DNA of 64,000 nt from a virus. Below the pieces are notes generated by a model. It made no database searches. It had not been told where the DNA came from and was given only the letters and a program-made list of their open reading frames with translations. Both the position numbers and the translations under genes were made by a program. Numbering within the stretch: position 1 is the first letter of the stretch; the number at the start of each line of letters is the position of its first letter. Of this stretch, positions 18,125-27,338 are shown piece by piece. The stretch spans positions 66,762 to 130,761 of IMG/VR virus record IMGVR_UViG_3300025127_000013. The stretch is one strand, 5' to 3'.

Positions 18125-20134
18125 ATGGCCGATAACAAAAACAATCCCAGAAACAATCAATCACAATTATTTAAATCTTTGACAAGATTATTTTCTGGGC
18201 CAATAATCAATTACAGATCACAATCAGGTCGTAGAATTCGCAGGCAACACCTTGACAAGTTTTCGTCTAGATTCAAATCAGCTAGCGGCCAGCAGTTTAA
18301 AAAGACTCATTATAGTCCGCTTGATCAAATCGGTGCAAATGCAATCTCCAATCAAAGAAGATCTGAAAGATATATTGATTTCGATCAGATGGAGTATATG
18401 CCTGAGATTGCATCATCGCTTGATATCTATGCAGACGAAATGACTACCTATTCTGATCTCAGGCCAATGCTAAACATACATTGTCCCAATGAAGAATTGA
18501 GAGCGGTACTAGCAATTTTATACGAAAATATTCTTAATGTAGAATATAATTTATTTGGCTGGTCAAGAACAATGTGCAAGTATGGTGACTTTATGCTGTA
18601 CTTGGATATTGATGATAAGTATGGAGTTCAATCAGCAATATCTCTGCCTCCCCAAGAAGTGGAAAGATTAGAGGGACAAGATGCGACCAACCCAAATTAT
18701 ATACAATATCAGTGGAACTCCGCAGGCTTAACATTTGAAAACTGGCAAGTTGCACACTTTAGAGTATTGGGTAATGATAAGTATACACCTTACGGAACAT
18801 CCATTCTTGAGCCGGCCCGTCGCATATGGCGACAGTTGACTTTGATGGAAGATGCGATGATGGCTTATCGTGTTATTCGTTCCTCCGAAAGAAGAGTATT
18901 TAAAATTGATGTTGGTGGAGTTCCACCACAAGAGGTTGAGCAGTTCATGGAAAAAACTGTTTCACAACTTAAAAGAAATTCAGTCGTAGATCCAGACACT
19001 GGTCGTGTCGATCTACGATATAACCCAATGTCTATTGAAGAAGATTATTTTATTCCTGTTCGTGCAGGCTCAACAACTGATATTCAAACCCTTGCAGGTG
19101 CCTCTAATATAACAGCTATCGATGATGTCAAGTATTTAAGAGATAAATTATTCTCAGCACTTAAGATACCACAATCATATCTTACAATGGGCGAGGGTGC
19201 TACTGAAGATAAAACCACATTAGCACAAAAGGACATTCGATTTGCTAGAACTATTCAGAGACTACAGAGAGTCGTTATTTCGGAGCTTGAAAAGGTTGGC
19301 ATTATCCATCTTTACACTCTGGGCTTCCGCGGAGATGACCTGCTTTCATTTAAGTTGTCACTTAACAATCCGTCAAAGATCGCTGAGATTCAAGAGATTG
19401 AGCACTGGAAGGCCAAGTTTGATATTGCCGGTGCGGCTACAGAGGGTTATTTTTCCCGTCGTTGGGTTTCTGAGAATATTTTTGGAATTACTAACGAAGA
19501 GTTTATTCGCAATCAAAGAGAGATGTATTATGACAGAAAACATGATGCCTCGCTTCAACAAGTTGCAGAAGGTGCAGCAGCCGCTGGTGCTGGCGATGGC
19601 TTAGGCGGTGGCTTGGGCGGAGGTGATTTGGGTGGAGACTTGGGCGGTGATTTAGGAACTGAAACTCCACCAGCCACTGGCCCCACAGAGATCCCAGCGA
19701 CTGATGTTACCGATACGACACCAGCACCCGCAGGTGATACTGGTGGAGGCGACTCGCCGCTATTGGCAGTCCCTCCCGGTTCAAGAACTTCCAAGAGCTT
19801 AAATCCATCCGATCCAAAGGTTAGCACCTATGCTAAGAGTAGCTACAGAAGAAAAGACGGAGTAAATGATGCTCGCCCGGCCGGCAAAAGAGCACAATCA
19901 TATGCTTCGCTCGCGACACCTGAAACTAACACGATGCGAAAAAACAATCTTGGTTACCCTGAGTTAAGATCATTGGGCAGAGGAGTTTTTACTGAGGAGA
20001 CATCTATATATTCTGATAGAGAATTAGACGAGGAACAAAAAATCCTTGAAATGAATAATTCAGTGAAATCACTAATTGATGTTTTAGATAAAAAAGATAA
20101 ACTACTGACGGAGCAAAAAGATGAAACACAATAA
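18125..20134 (+). CDS. gp20: Portal protein (T4 gp20-like) with Gly/Pro-rich C-terminal extension
   Basis: YGTSILEPARRIWRQL.LMEDAMMAYRVIR..ERRVFKIDVG, EEDYFIPVR, IDDVKYLRDKLFSALKIP, DIRFARTIQRLQ. Confidence 0.95.
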   Translation: MADNKNNPRNNQSQLFKSLTRLFSGPIINYRSQSGRRIRRQHLDKFSSRFKSASGQQFKKTHYSPLDQIGANAISNQRRSERYIDFDQMEYMPEIASSLDIYADEMTTYSDLRPMLNIHCPNEELRAVLAILYENILNVEYNLFGWSRTMCKYGDFMLYLDIDDKYGVQSAISLPPQEVERLEGQDATNPNYIQYQWNSAGLTFENWQVAHFRVLGNDKYTPYGTSILEPARRIWRQLTLMEDAMMAYRVIRSSERRVFKIDVGGVPPQEVEQFMEKTVSQLKRNSVVDPDTGRVDLRYNPMSIEEDYFIPVRAGSTTDIQTLAGASNITAIDDVKYLRDKLFSALKIPQSYLTMGEGATEDKTTLAQKDIRFARTIQRLQRVVISELEKVGIIHLYTLGFRGDDLLSFKLSLNNPSKIAEIQEIEHWKAKFDIAGAATEGYFSRRWVSENIFGITNEEFIRNQREMYYDRKHDASLQQVAEGAAAAGAGDGLGGGLGGGDLGGDLGGDLGTETPPATGPTEIPATDVTDTTPAPAGDTGGGDSPLLAVPPGSRTSKSLNPSDPKVSTYAKSSYRRKDGVNDARPAGKRAQSYASLATPETNTMRKNNLGYPELRSLGRGVFTEETSIYSDRELDEEQKILEMNNSVKSLIDVLDKKDKLLTEQKDETQ

Positions 20135-20921
20135 AAAAAGAAACACGGCATTTGTTTTTGAGTCGCTTGTAAAAGAAATTACTGCAGCGATTATCAAGAA
20201 TGATGTTGATAGAAAAAACAAAGCGGTTTCTATTGTCAAGAAACACTTCCAGCCCGGCAGTGCTCTTCGCCAGCATCTAGATTGTTACAAATCTTTATAT
20301 GAAAATCAAGGTTTAGAAAGAGAGACATGCGAAAGAATACTTAAAGAAGCTAACATATCTGCTCGTTTGATTGATCCTCATGGATTATTTAAACAACAGA
20401 CTGAACTTATTAATGATATTAATAAAGAATTAGACTCTACTGTGTTTAACAATTTTGTACCAAACTATAAAACTCTGGCGACCATTGATCAAATATTCAA
20501 TGTTAAGACATCCCCAAAAAATAAAGTAATGCTTGAAAATCAAATTGTTCAAAATATGTCTAAACAACAAGAGACCAATTCACAACAAGATGTTGATGGA
20601 CTTACTTTAACAACATTTATCAGTAAGTTTAATGAAAAGTACTCTGATACTTTGCTTGAAGAACAAAAAGAACTTCTGAATTATTACATCACATCATTTG
20701 TTGACAATGCTGTAGAACTTAAGATGTTTTTAAATGAAGAGCTTGTAAGATTAAAAGAACAAATTGATTCTGTAGAAGATGGTGAACTTAATGATAAGAA
20801 ACAACAAATTACAGAAAAGTTGGACAGCTTTCAATCATCTGATATAAACGATAACTTGTTGCTTACTGTATTAAAAACACAACAACTCGTAAAGGAACTT
20901 AGCAATGGCAGTGATCATTAA
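20121..20921 (+). CDS. Hypothetical head-region protein
   Basis: KHNKKRNTAFVFESLVKEI; FNEKYS..LLEEQKELL..YI; overlaps portal. Confidence 0.7.
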   Translation: MKHNKKRNTAFVFESLVKEITAAIIKNDVDRKNKAVSIVKKHFQPGSALRQHLDCYKSLYENQGLERETCERILKEANISARLIDPHGLFKQQTELINDINKELDSTVFNNFVPNYKTLATIDQIFNVKTSPKNKVMLENQIVQNMSKQQETNSQQDVDGLTLTTFISKFNEKYSDTLLEEQKELLNYYITSFVDNAVELKMFLNEELVRLKEQIDSVEDGELNDKKQQITEKLDSFQSSDINDNLLLTVLKTQQLVKELSNGSDH

Positions 20922-21444
20922 AGTTGGTAAGAAGTCAAATCAAAAAAAGATAAGACTTGAAATGGATTTACGTCGTTCTATGAACGGTGATTTAATGATT
21001 TTTGATCACGGAGACATTGATATAGTGCTATCACCAAATAAAAATAAAGTTGTTGCTTTTCCAAAAGATTCTTTAACTGAACTTTCGTATGGTGCACAGA
21101 ATAGATTGTTTGCATGCCTACGAAAAAAGGGAATTGTTATTCCTGAAAGTATTCAAGCCGGCTCTTTCTTTGGATCTTTTGAGGCTACTCTTGAAGAATC
21201 TACCGACCCTGATGCTTCATCAGCGAAAATGGCACTGATTAACATACACAATTTTATTGAAGAAGAAAGACCATACTTTGAACAAGTTGAAGCAATTGTC
21301 TCGATGGATGATCAACATAACATTCACCCCGACAAGGAATACTCTACAGAACTTGGCGAAGTGCCACAGGCTGAAGAAAAAGGATCTATCCAGCCCGGTT
21401 ACATTAGAGATCCTTATGCATACAATTACATGTATACAATTTGA
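20905..21444 (+). CDS. Hypothetical protein
   Basis: RBS AAGGA; contiguous in the head operon. Confidence 0.7.
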   Translation: MAVIIKVGKKSNQKKIRLEMDLRRSMNGDLMIFDHGDIDIVLSPNKNKVVAFPKDSLTELSYGAQNRLFACLRKKGIVIPESIQAGSFFGSFEATLEESTDPDASSAKMALINIHNFIEEERPYFEQVEAIVSMDDQHNIHPDKEYSTELGEVPQAEEKGSIQPGYIRDPYAYNYMYTI

Positions 21445-21451
21445 GGAATTA

Positions 21452-21814
21452 ATGGAATTATTAACATTTATACTTTGTGCATATGGCTTAACTCAAATTG
21501 TTGTATACGGTAAAATATTTAAAAATGTAAGACCAAAGGAAGGCCGCCTTGGAGAATTATTTAATTGTCCAATGTGCATGGGCTTTCATATAGGTTGGTT
21601 TTTATTACTACTTTCTCCATTCACAGAACTATTTAACTTTGATGTGACTGTAGCCAATTTTTTTCTTATGGGTTGGTTATCGTCAGGGACATCTTATGTA
21701 CTTAACATGATTTTTGGAGATGAGGGAATTAAACATGAATACAAACAATCAAACCCAGAGTCCTGCCACTTGGACAAACAAGTGGATGCTGCAGCCAGTC
21801 AGACGGTGCTGTAA
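21452..21814 (+). CDS. Membrane protein with CxxC (DUF1360-like)
   Basis: Three hydrophobic segments, LFNCPMCMGFHIGW; ATG 21452 after GAGGA. Confidence 0.65.
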   Translation: MELLTFILCAYGLTQIVVYGKIFKNVRPKEGRLGELFNCPMCMGFHIGWFLLLLSPFTELFNFDVTVANFFLMGWLSSGTSYVLNMIFGDEGIKHEYKQSNPESCHLDKQVDAAASQTVL

Positions 21815-21824
21815 GGGCTCTTAG
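21735..21824 (+). CDS. Possible 29-aa overlapping microprotein
   Basis: MNTNNQTQSPATWTNKWMLQPVRRCCKGS*, RBS GAGGGA, internal late motif at 21629-21635, stop 2 nt before the protease ATG. Confidence 0.35.
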   Translation: MNTNNQTQSPATWTNKWMLQPVRRCCKGS

Positions 21825-21826
21825 CT

Positions 21827-22432
21827 ATGGGTAAAAAATTACTACGAGAATACTACGAGCTTTGCGAAGGTGGAGTTTGTAAAGATCTTCTCACAGAAGA
21901 AGAGAAGAGATTTGTCTCTGATGGTGGGATGATTCTTTCTGGCATTATGCAGATGTGCGAAACACTAAACGGCAATGGTCGTATCTATACGGAGAGTGTT
22001 CTAAAAAGAGAAGTTGGGAAATACCAACAGCTTGTTAAGGAAAGACGGGCCCTTGGTGAGCTTGATCATCCAGACAAAGTTGAAGTTTCATTGGCATCTG
22101 TCTCCCATAAGGTTACCTCTATCTGGATGGAAGGCAATAAAGTAATGGGTAAAATTCAAGTTCTTGATACACCTGCCGGTCAAACACTTCGTGCACTTGT
22201 AGAGGGCGGATGCTCGATTGGTATTTCGTCCCGCGGCACTGGATCAGTTCAAGAACAAAATGGTAAATCAATTGTACAAGAAGACTTTGAGTTGGTTTGT
22301 TTTGATGTTGTGTCAGAGCCATCAACCCCGGGTGCTTTTATGATGAGAGAAGCTAAGGACTACGGCTTAAAAGAAAGCAAGAATGATAAAATTAACAGTC
22401 TCATAGACGAGGTATTAAAAGATGAAATATGA
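21827..22432 (+). CDS. gp21: Prohead core protease (T4 gp21-like)
   Basis: NGNGRIY, ALGELDHP, VSH, LDTPAG, IGISSRGTGS, FDVVSEPSTPGAF. Confidence 0.95.
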   Translation: MGKKLLREYYELCEGGVCKDLLTEEEKRFVSDGGMILSGIMQMCETLNGNGRIYTESVLKREVGKYQQLVKERRALGELDHPDKVEVSLASVSHKVTSIWMEGNKVMGKIQVLDTPAGQTLRALVEGGCSIGISSRGTGSVQEQNGKSIVQEDFELVCFDVVSEPSTPGAFMMREAKDYGLKESKNDKINSLIDEVLKDEI

Positions 22433-22967
22433 AAACTATGCATTAATTCAGGAAAACTGGAACAAGTTTGCTGTCGAAGTTACTGAAGATAAAATGGAAT
22501 TAGACGAGGCCCGTGGAGGCAAGATTGCAGCTACAGCATTAGACGGTGCTGTGGGACTTGGTGTAGCCTTAGACTTAGCTGGTGTTGATTTTGCGAGCAT
22601 GATACTTACGGATGATTCGGCACCATATTTGATTGGGTATGCCCTGTTCAGGCTTGTTCAGAAAGTAGCAAAACAAACTGGCAAATCCCCTAAAGAAATT
22701 ATTGTTAATCATTTAGATGCAATTGACAACAACCCAAGAGCTAGTGCAGCTCTAAGGTATTTAGTTAGGCAAGCATCTGTTATAATCGACCCCAAAGGTG
22801 ATGAAGAATTGGATGATCCAAAAGCACTTGAAGCAGCACTCGCTCCAGTTGTCGATAAGACGAAAGATGCTATTCAGAAAGACCCATCGTTTAAGGGTGC
22901 CAATCCATCAGCAGATAAGTCAAAGGCCAGCATGGGCCAGCCAGTTCCCGTTAAAATTACAGAGTAA
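22422..22967 (+). CDS. Hypothetical protein (LIQENWNKF N-terminus; candidate head cargo)
   Basis: Overlaps protease stop; RBS GAGGT; [IL]-x-E sites. Confidence 0.65.
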   Translation: MKYENYALIQENWNKFAVEVTEDKMELDEARGGKIAATALDGAVGLGVALDLAGVDFASMILTDDSAPYLIGYALFRLVQKVAKQTGKSPKEIIVNHLDAIDNNPRASAALRYLVRQASVIIDPKGDEELDDPKALEAALAPVVDKTKDAIQKDPSFKGANPSADKSKASMGQPVPVKITE

Positions 22968-22970
22968 ATA

Positions 22971-23363
22971 ATGAAAAAATCAGAATTAAAAAAAGTTATA
23001 AAGCCACTCGTAAAGGAATGTATACAAGAAGTTCTTATTGAAGAGGGTTTGCTTTCTAGTGTTGTTTCAGAAGTTGTAAAAGGTATTACAGATACAACCA
23101 TAGTTGAACAGAGAAAAGCTGTGCCACAACAGATTGTTCGTGAGCCGAAGAACACAAACTTAAAACAACAAAGGCAAAAGCTGATGGGTGCTATCAATAA
23201 GGATGCATACAACGGTGTAGACTTGTTTGAAGGTACAACTCCTGCCCCAGCACAAAGAGAACAATCTGCAGGTGCTGTTGATTTGGGTGATCCAAATGAT
23301 GCGGGAGTTGATATTAGCTCAATCATGGGTGCATCATCTAAAATATGGGAAAGATTAAAGTAG
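22971..23363 (+). CDS. Hypothetical protein with MKKSELKKVIKPLVKECIQEVL N-terminal helix
   Basis: Variant of the shared N-terminal helix; precedes bS21. Confidence 0.7.
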   Translation: MKKSELKKVIKPLVKECIQEVLIEEGLLSSVVSEVVKGITDTTIVEQRKAVPQQIVREPKNTNLKQQRQKLMGAINKDAYNGVDLFEGTTPAPAQREQSAGAVDLGDPNDAGVDISSIMGASSKIWERLK

Positions 23364-23369
23364 GTAATA

Positions 23370-23612
23370 ATGAAAAAGAAGTCACAAGTAGTAACTAAAA
23401 GATTTAATAATAGAGAAAGCAACGAAAGATTAATTCGTAGATTTCTTAAGAAAGTCAAGAAAGAAAGAATTGTCGAAGAAGTCAGAGATAGACGGCACTA
23501 CGAAAAGCCCTCAGTTAAGAAGAAAATCAAAAAAGAAAGAGCACAAAGAGCAAGACTCAGAGAAGAAAGAAAAAAGCAAAGAGCTTTAGAAAGACGTCGA
23601 AGAAAAATTTAG
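23370..23612 (+). CDS. rpsU: Phage-encoded 30S ribosomal protein bS21
   Basis: ESNERLIRRFLKKVKKERIVEEVRDRRHYEKPSVKK matches the bS21 pattern (E..E..LRRFK......I..E.R.R.HYEKPS); very basic, 80 aa. Confidence 0.88.
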   Translation: MKKKSQVVTKRFNNRESNERLIRRFLKKVKKERIVEEVRDRRHYEKPSVKKKIKKERAQRARLREERKKQRALERRRRKI

Positions 23613-23615
23613 TAA

Positions 23616-23622
23616 CTATTTA
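23616..23622 (+). promoter_or_regulatory. Putative late promoter motif CTAnTTA
   Basis: AACTATTTAC upstream of AGGAG RBS. Confidence 0.6.
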
Positions 23623-23655
23623 CATTGTAAATCAAAAATTTAAAGGAGTTTAATA

Positions 23656-24084
23656 ATGGGAAGTTGGGAACTTAGACCGGGATTACATAATGTCGGTTCC
23701 TTTCAGGTAAGTGGAAAACCTTTTGCTTCAGGCTCGTGCTTAGCACCAGCCAGTGGCTCGACACATGTATTAACAGTAGATTTTCCAAATGTAACCAAGT
23801 GGGTTCAAATAATACCTCATCGTGACCAAGGCGGAGATTTGAAGGTTGGATTTAGTGCCGCTGGAATCACCAGTGCCACTGGCGAAGCTTGTTTTAGAAT
23901 TCATTGTGGTCAGAGCGGTTCTGTTAACGACCCACTTGATCTTAAGATTAGTAGATTAACCTTTCAGTCAACCACTACTGAAACTGTAACATTTGATATA
24001 GTAGCCGGCTTAACAAACATTCCACCAATTTCTGTTGAAACTGAAGATGGTCCAAGTTGGCAAGGCACCACCGGAGTAAAATAG
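23656..24084 (+). CDS. Virion structural protein (head-associated, beta-rich)
   Basis: PGLHNVGSFQVSGKPF, FPNVTKWV; late motif upstream. Confidence 0.6.
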   Translation: MGSWELRPGLHNVGSFQVSGKPFASGSCLAPASGSTHVLTVDFPNVTKWVQIIPHRDQGGDLKVGFSAAGITSATGEACFRIHCGQSGSVNDPLDLKISRLTFQSTTTETVTFDIVAGLTNIPPISVETEDGPSWQGTTGVK

Positions 24085-24088
24085 GCCC

Positions 24089-24799
24089 ATGGCAAATTTC
24101 GGCTGGGCATATGTTAATTGTGAAGACACTGGGACTGGCGGCGGCCAAGCCGCTGGCCCGACCGGTTCGCTGCAATTTTTAACTGGTGCTAATTCTACTA
24201 ATGGTTCTGCCGCATTAATGTATCATACGGCATCTGATACTAGTGTTCATCCATATACTCCAAGCACACTAGTACTATCAGGAAACCTTTTAGTAACTGG
24301 TTCAGTATCAGCTAGTGTTTTTCATTACGAAGATATCACTAGAATTGATGCAACTGGTTCTACATTTTTTGGTAATACAAATGATGACACACACATGAGA
24401 ACCGGAAGCTTGGTCGTTACAGAAGCAGGTGCAGGTGCCGCCACAAACTTTGTGTTAAGTGCAAGTGCAACTCAAAAAGTTGTTAGTGTCGCCGGTTTTG
24501 CTGGGGGATATAGCTCTAAAAATGCAGATTTTGCGATCACAGAAGATAAACACATATATGGCATAACTAAAACAACTGCCACGATAATTACGGTACCGGC
24601 CGCCGATACAGTGCCAACCGGTTTAATTTGGACTATTAAAGATGAGGTCACTGCAAGAACCGGAGCTAGCAATAATATTACTCTCACCAGTTCATCACCG
24701 GTTCAAAACTTGTTTGATGGTGCATCAACTTATATTTTAACTGGCACGATGCCAGCAATCAGTATTTATTCAAATGGGACAAACTGGTTTGTCTTCTAA
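24089..24799 (+). CDS. Fibre/decoration-like structural protein (paralogue 1)
   Basis: GPTGSLQF; C-terminal TIKDE...NNITL...FDG...SIYSNGTNWFVF shared with downstream ORFs. Confidence 0.65.
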   Translation: MANFGWAYVNCEDTGTGGGQAAGPTGSLQFLTGANSTNGSAALMYHTASDTSVHPYTPSTLVLSGNLLVTGSVSASVFHYEDITRIDATGSTFFGNTNDDTHMRTGSLVVTEAGAGAATNFVLSASATQKVVSVAGFAGGYSSKNADFAITEDKHIYGITKTTATIITVPAADTVPTGLIWTIKDEVTARTGASNNITLTSSSPVQNLFDGASTYILTGTMPAISIYSNGTNWFVF

Positions 24800-24802
24800 T
24801 TA
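24796..24802 (+). promoter_or_regulatory. Putative late promoter motif CTAnTTA
   Basis: CTAATTA overlapping the stop codon, before RBS AGGAGG. Confidence 0.5.
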
Positions 24803-24818
24803 AAGAAGGAGGCACCAA

Positions 24819-25565
24819 ATGGCATACAACAATATATCTGGAACTGTTCTCCTCCCAAACGAATTATTAAAAGTAGAAGGTATCACTTCTGGTATCGTCT
24901 CTGGTAATCTCAGCACATCCGATGGTGCTGAAGTTATTAATGTTCCGAGAGTTGCGAATGCGACCAATAATGCAATTGTAACAAATGTTGACGGCAATGC
25001 CAATACTTTAACATGTGAATCAAACCTCACATTTGATGGTGACACATTAAATGTCACAGGAGAAATTACAGCAAGTACGGGTATATCAGCCTCTTACTTA
25101 ATGGGTGATGGTAGCAGGCTAACTGGTATTTCTGCAGGCGGCGGTGGAAATGCTAATGCTCAAGGCCCGTTAGGGGCACTTCAATTTCGCAACGATGCGG
25201 GTGCTGGAACAATTAGCGGTTCTGATAACCTAATATTTAACAACAATATTCTTCAAGTTTTTGGTGGCTTAAAGTTAAACAGAAGAAACACATCATCAAC
25301 CATAACTGCCTCAATAACCGACTACTATATTGGCACCAATACAACTAATGGTGTTTTATCAATTAGATTACCTGATGCCGCTAATTTATTAGATGGTCAA
25401 ACATATGTTGTGAAAGATGAAGCAGGCACGGCAGCATCTAATAATGTTACAATTTTAGCATCTGGTTCACAAACAATCGACGGTCAAAATTCAGTAATTT
25501 TGGAATCACCTTTTGCATCTATCCAGCTTTATTGTAACGGTACAAATAAATACTTTATTACATAG
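24819..25565 (+). CDS. Fibre/decoration-like structural protein (paralogue 2)
   Basis: MAYN start; ESNLTFDG, GPLGALQF; C-terminal VKDEAG..NNVTI..QTIDGQ..ILESPFASI.LYCNG. Confidence 0.65.
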   Translation: MAYNNISGTVLLPNELLKVEGITSGIVSGNLSTSDGAEVINVPRVANATNNAIVTNVDGNANTLTCESNLTFDGDTLNVTGEITASTGISASYLMGDGSRLTGISAGGGGNANAQGPLGALQFRNDAGAGTISGSDNLIFNNNILQVFGGLKLNRRNTSSTITASITDYYIGTNTTNGVLSIRLPDAANLLDGQTYVVKDEAGTAASNNVTILASGSQTIDGQNSVILESPFASIQLYCNGTNKYFIT

Positions 25566-25586
25566 AAAAATACTGTACGGTACATA

Positions 25587-25593
25587 CTATTTA
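25587..25593 (+). promoter_or_regulatory. Putative late promoter motif CTAnTTA
   Basis: TACTATTTATA, followed by a structured leader. Confidence 0.65.
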
Positions 25594-25686
25594 TAATTGA
25601 GCGGGCTGCCATTTATACATATGAAATATGGATAGGTGTATCTCGTTCAGCTATAAATAAAACTTAAAAATGGAGGGTTTTTAAAC

Positions 25687-27276
25687 ATGGCTTACAAATT
25701 CCAATTCGGACAGGCAATCTTGTCCGGTGCTCTGGACCAAGAAGGTGATATTCAGGTCAAGGATCAAAGTGGTAACACCCAGATCTTACTTGATGACAAT
25801 GGTATCATTTCTGGTGCAGGCAATTTTCAAACTAACGGTGCACTCGTTATGAGAGATGTCACCCGTATTAGTGCGGCTGGTGCTGGTTCTTTCGCCGGTG
25901 TTGCTGCTGGTGGTGCAATCACTACCGCAACTGACATTGATGGTTCTGGTGACCTCACTATGGGCACTATTACTATGACTGGAATGTCAGTCGACGCCGA
26001 CGGTGACACCATCGTCAAAACACTTGCAATGCCAGATGATGCTACAATTGGTAACAACACAAACTCTGACATGCTGACTTTTGCTGCAGCCGAGCTTACA
26101 GTAAAAGCCAACAGTGATTTCACTATTGCTAAGGCCGGTGGTCTTAAGCTTGCTGACGGTGCAGTTACTTCAACTGCTGCCGAGCTTAACTTCCTTGATG
26201 GCTCAACCGCTGGTACGGCTGTCGCATCTAAGGCTGTTGTTCTTGATGCAAGCAAAGATATCAGTGGTTTAGGCCAGTTATCGGCTGTCGGTCTCAGTGG
26301 TTCGCTTAGATTCTCGCTTGATGTTGAAGCTAACGGCGGTCTTGGAATGACACCATTCCAGAACAGTGCCAATGTTGCCGACCTTAAGATTAGTGGTGCT
26401 TTCATGCAAGCTGCTGCTGTTTCAGTCGGTGTTGATGAGCTTATGATGCTTGATGCTGATGGTTCTGTCAAAAGAGAAAGCTTCGCTGACTATGCTACTG
26501 CAATCGCCGGTGACGGTCTTGCGGCATCTTCTGGTGTTCTCTCTGTATCCTTGAGCGAGTTAACCGAAGCTGCTGTTAGTGTTGGTGCTGACTCATTGAT
26601 TTTCATCGATGCAGACGGAAACGTTACTCGCAAAGATACTTTCGCTGATTATGCGACCGCAATCGCAGGTGATGGTCTTGCTGCTTCTTCCGGTGTCCTC
26701 GCTGTTGGTGTCGATGATTCGTCTATCGAACTCAACTCCGATGCACTTCGCATTAAAGCAGACGGTGTTACCGGTGCTATGCTCGCTCCAGCAGTCGCTG
26801 GTGTCGGTCTTGCTCAAGATGGTTCTGGTAACCTTGACCTTGACCTTAATGAGTTAAGTGCCGCTGCAGTTGATGTCAGTGCCGATAGCATTGCTATTAT
26901 CGATGCTAACGATAGTGATGCCTCCAAGAAAGAAAGCATTGCTGACCTTGTTGCAGGTATGGCTGGTGCTGGTCTTTCGGCTGCATCTGGACAGCTTTCT
27001 GTTCAAGGTAACTCGGTTGCTGTTGCAGTTGATGGTACTGCTGTTTCTGAAGGTTATAACTTCGCTACTGGCTCTGACGGTGGTACAGTTACTCTTCCAG
27101 CCTCACCATCAGTCGGTGATGTTGTCACACTCAAGAACTCCTCTGGAGGTGTTTTGGTTCTCGCCCGAGGCGATGCTGGCCACGATATCGACGGACAGTC
27201 CGCTGTCGTTCTTGAATCGCCATTTGCTGCTGTTACATGTGTATACATGGTTGCAAACAAGTGGAAGATTGTGTAA
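25687..27276 (+). CDS. Fibre-like structural protein with internal repeats (paralogue 3)
   Basis: Ala/Gly/Asp-rich; repeated FADYATAIAGDGLAASSGVL; C-terminal IDGQSAVVLESPFAAV. Confidence 0.75.
   Translation: MAYKFQFGQAILSGALDQEGDIQVKDQSGNTQILLDDNGIISGAGNFQTNGALVMRDVTRISAAGAGSFAGVAAGGAITTATDIDGSGDLTMGTITMTGMSVDADGDTIVKTLAMPDDATIGNNTNSDMLTFAAAELTVKANSDFTIAKAGGLKLADGAVTSTAAELNFLDGSTAGTAVASKAVVLDASKDISGLGQLSAVGLSGSLRFSLDVEANGGLGMTPFQNSANVADLKISGAFMQAAAVSVGVDELMMLDADGSVKRESFADYATAIAGDGLAASSGVLSVSLSELTEAAVSVGADSLIFIDADGNVTRKDTFADYATAIAGDGLAASSGVLAVGVDDSSIELNSDALRIKADGVTGAMLAPAVAGVGLAQDGSGNLDLDLNELSAAAVDVSADSIAIIDANDSDASKKESIADLVAGMAGAGLSAASGQLSVQGNSVAVAVDGTAVSEGYNFATGSDGGTVTLPASPSVGDVVTLKNSSGGVLVLARGDAGHDIDGQSAVVLESPFAAVTCVYMVANKWKIV
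26482..26700 (+). repeat. Intragenic repeat, 159-nt (53-aa) period
   Basis: 26482-26541 and 26641-26700 both encode FADYATAIAGDGLAASSGVL with synonymous differences; a third, diverged copy lies near 26930-27000. Confidence 0.8.
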
Positions 27277-27306
27277 TCAATCTTTTTCAACTTTGTTGAA
27301 TCTTTT

Positions 27307-27338
27307 GGATGCCTCCCTTGTGGGGGCATCCTTTTTTT
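27307..27338 (+). terminator. Rho-independent terminator
   Basis: GGATGCCTCC/GGGGGCATCC stem followed by T7. Confidence 0.85.

Noticed and set aside
19600-19660. 12-nt periodic repeats in the portal gene
   Set aside because: They encode a GGDL low-complexity linker; not CRISPR or a regulatory array
22874-23458. Minus-strand ORFs (this one and e.g. 12235-12714, 25827-26471, 29563-30069, 31836-32366, 33003-33506, 57125-57679)
   Set aside because: Antisense shadows of well-supported + strand genes, with no motifs of their own
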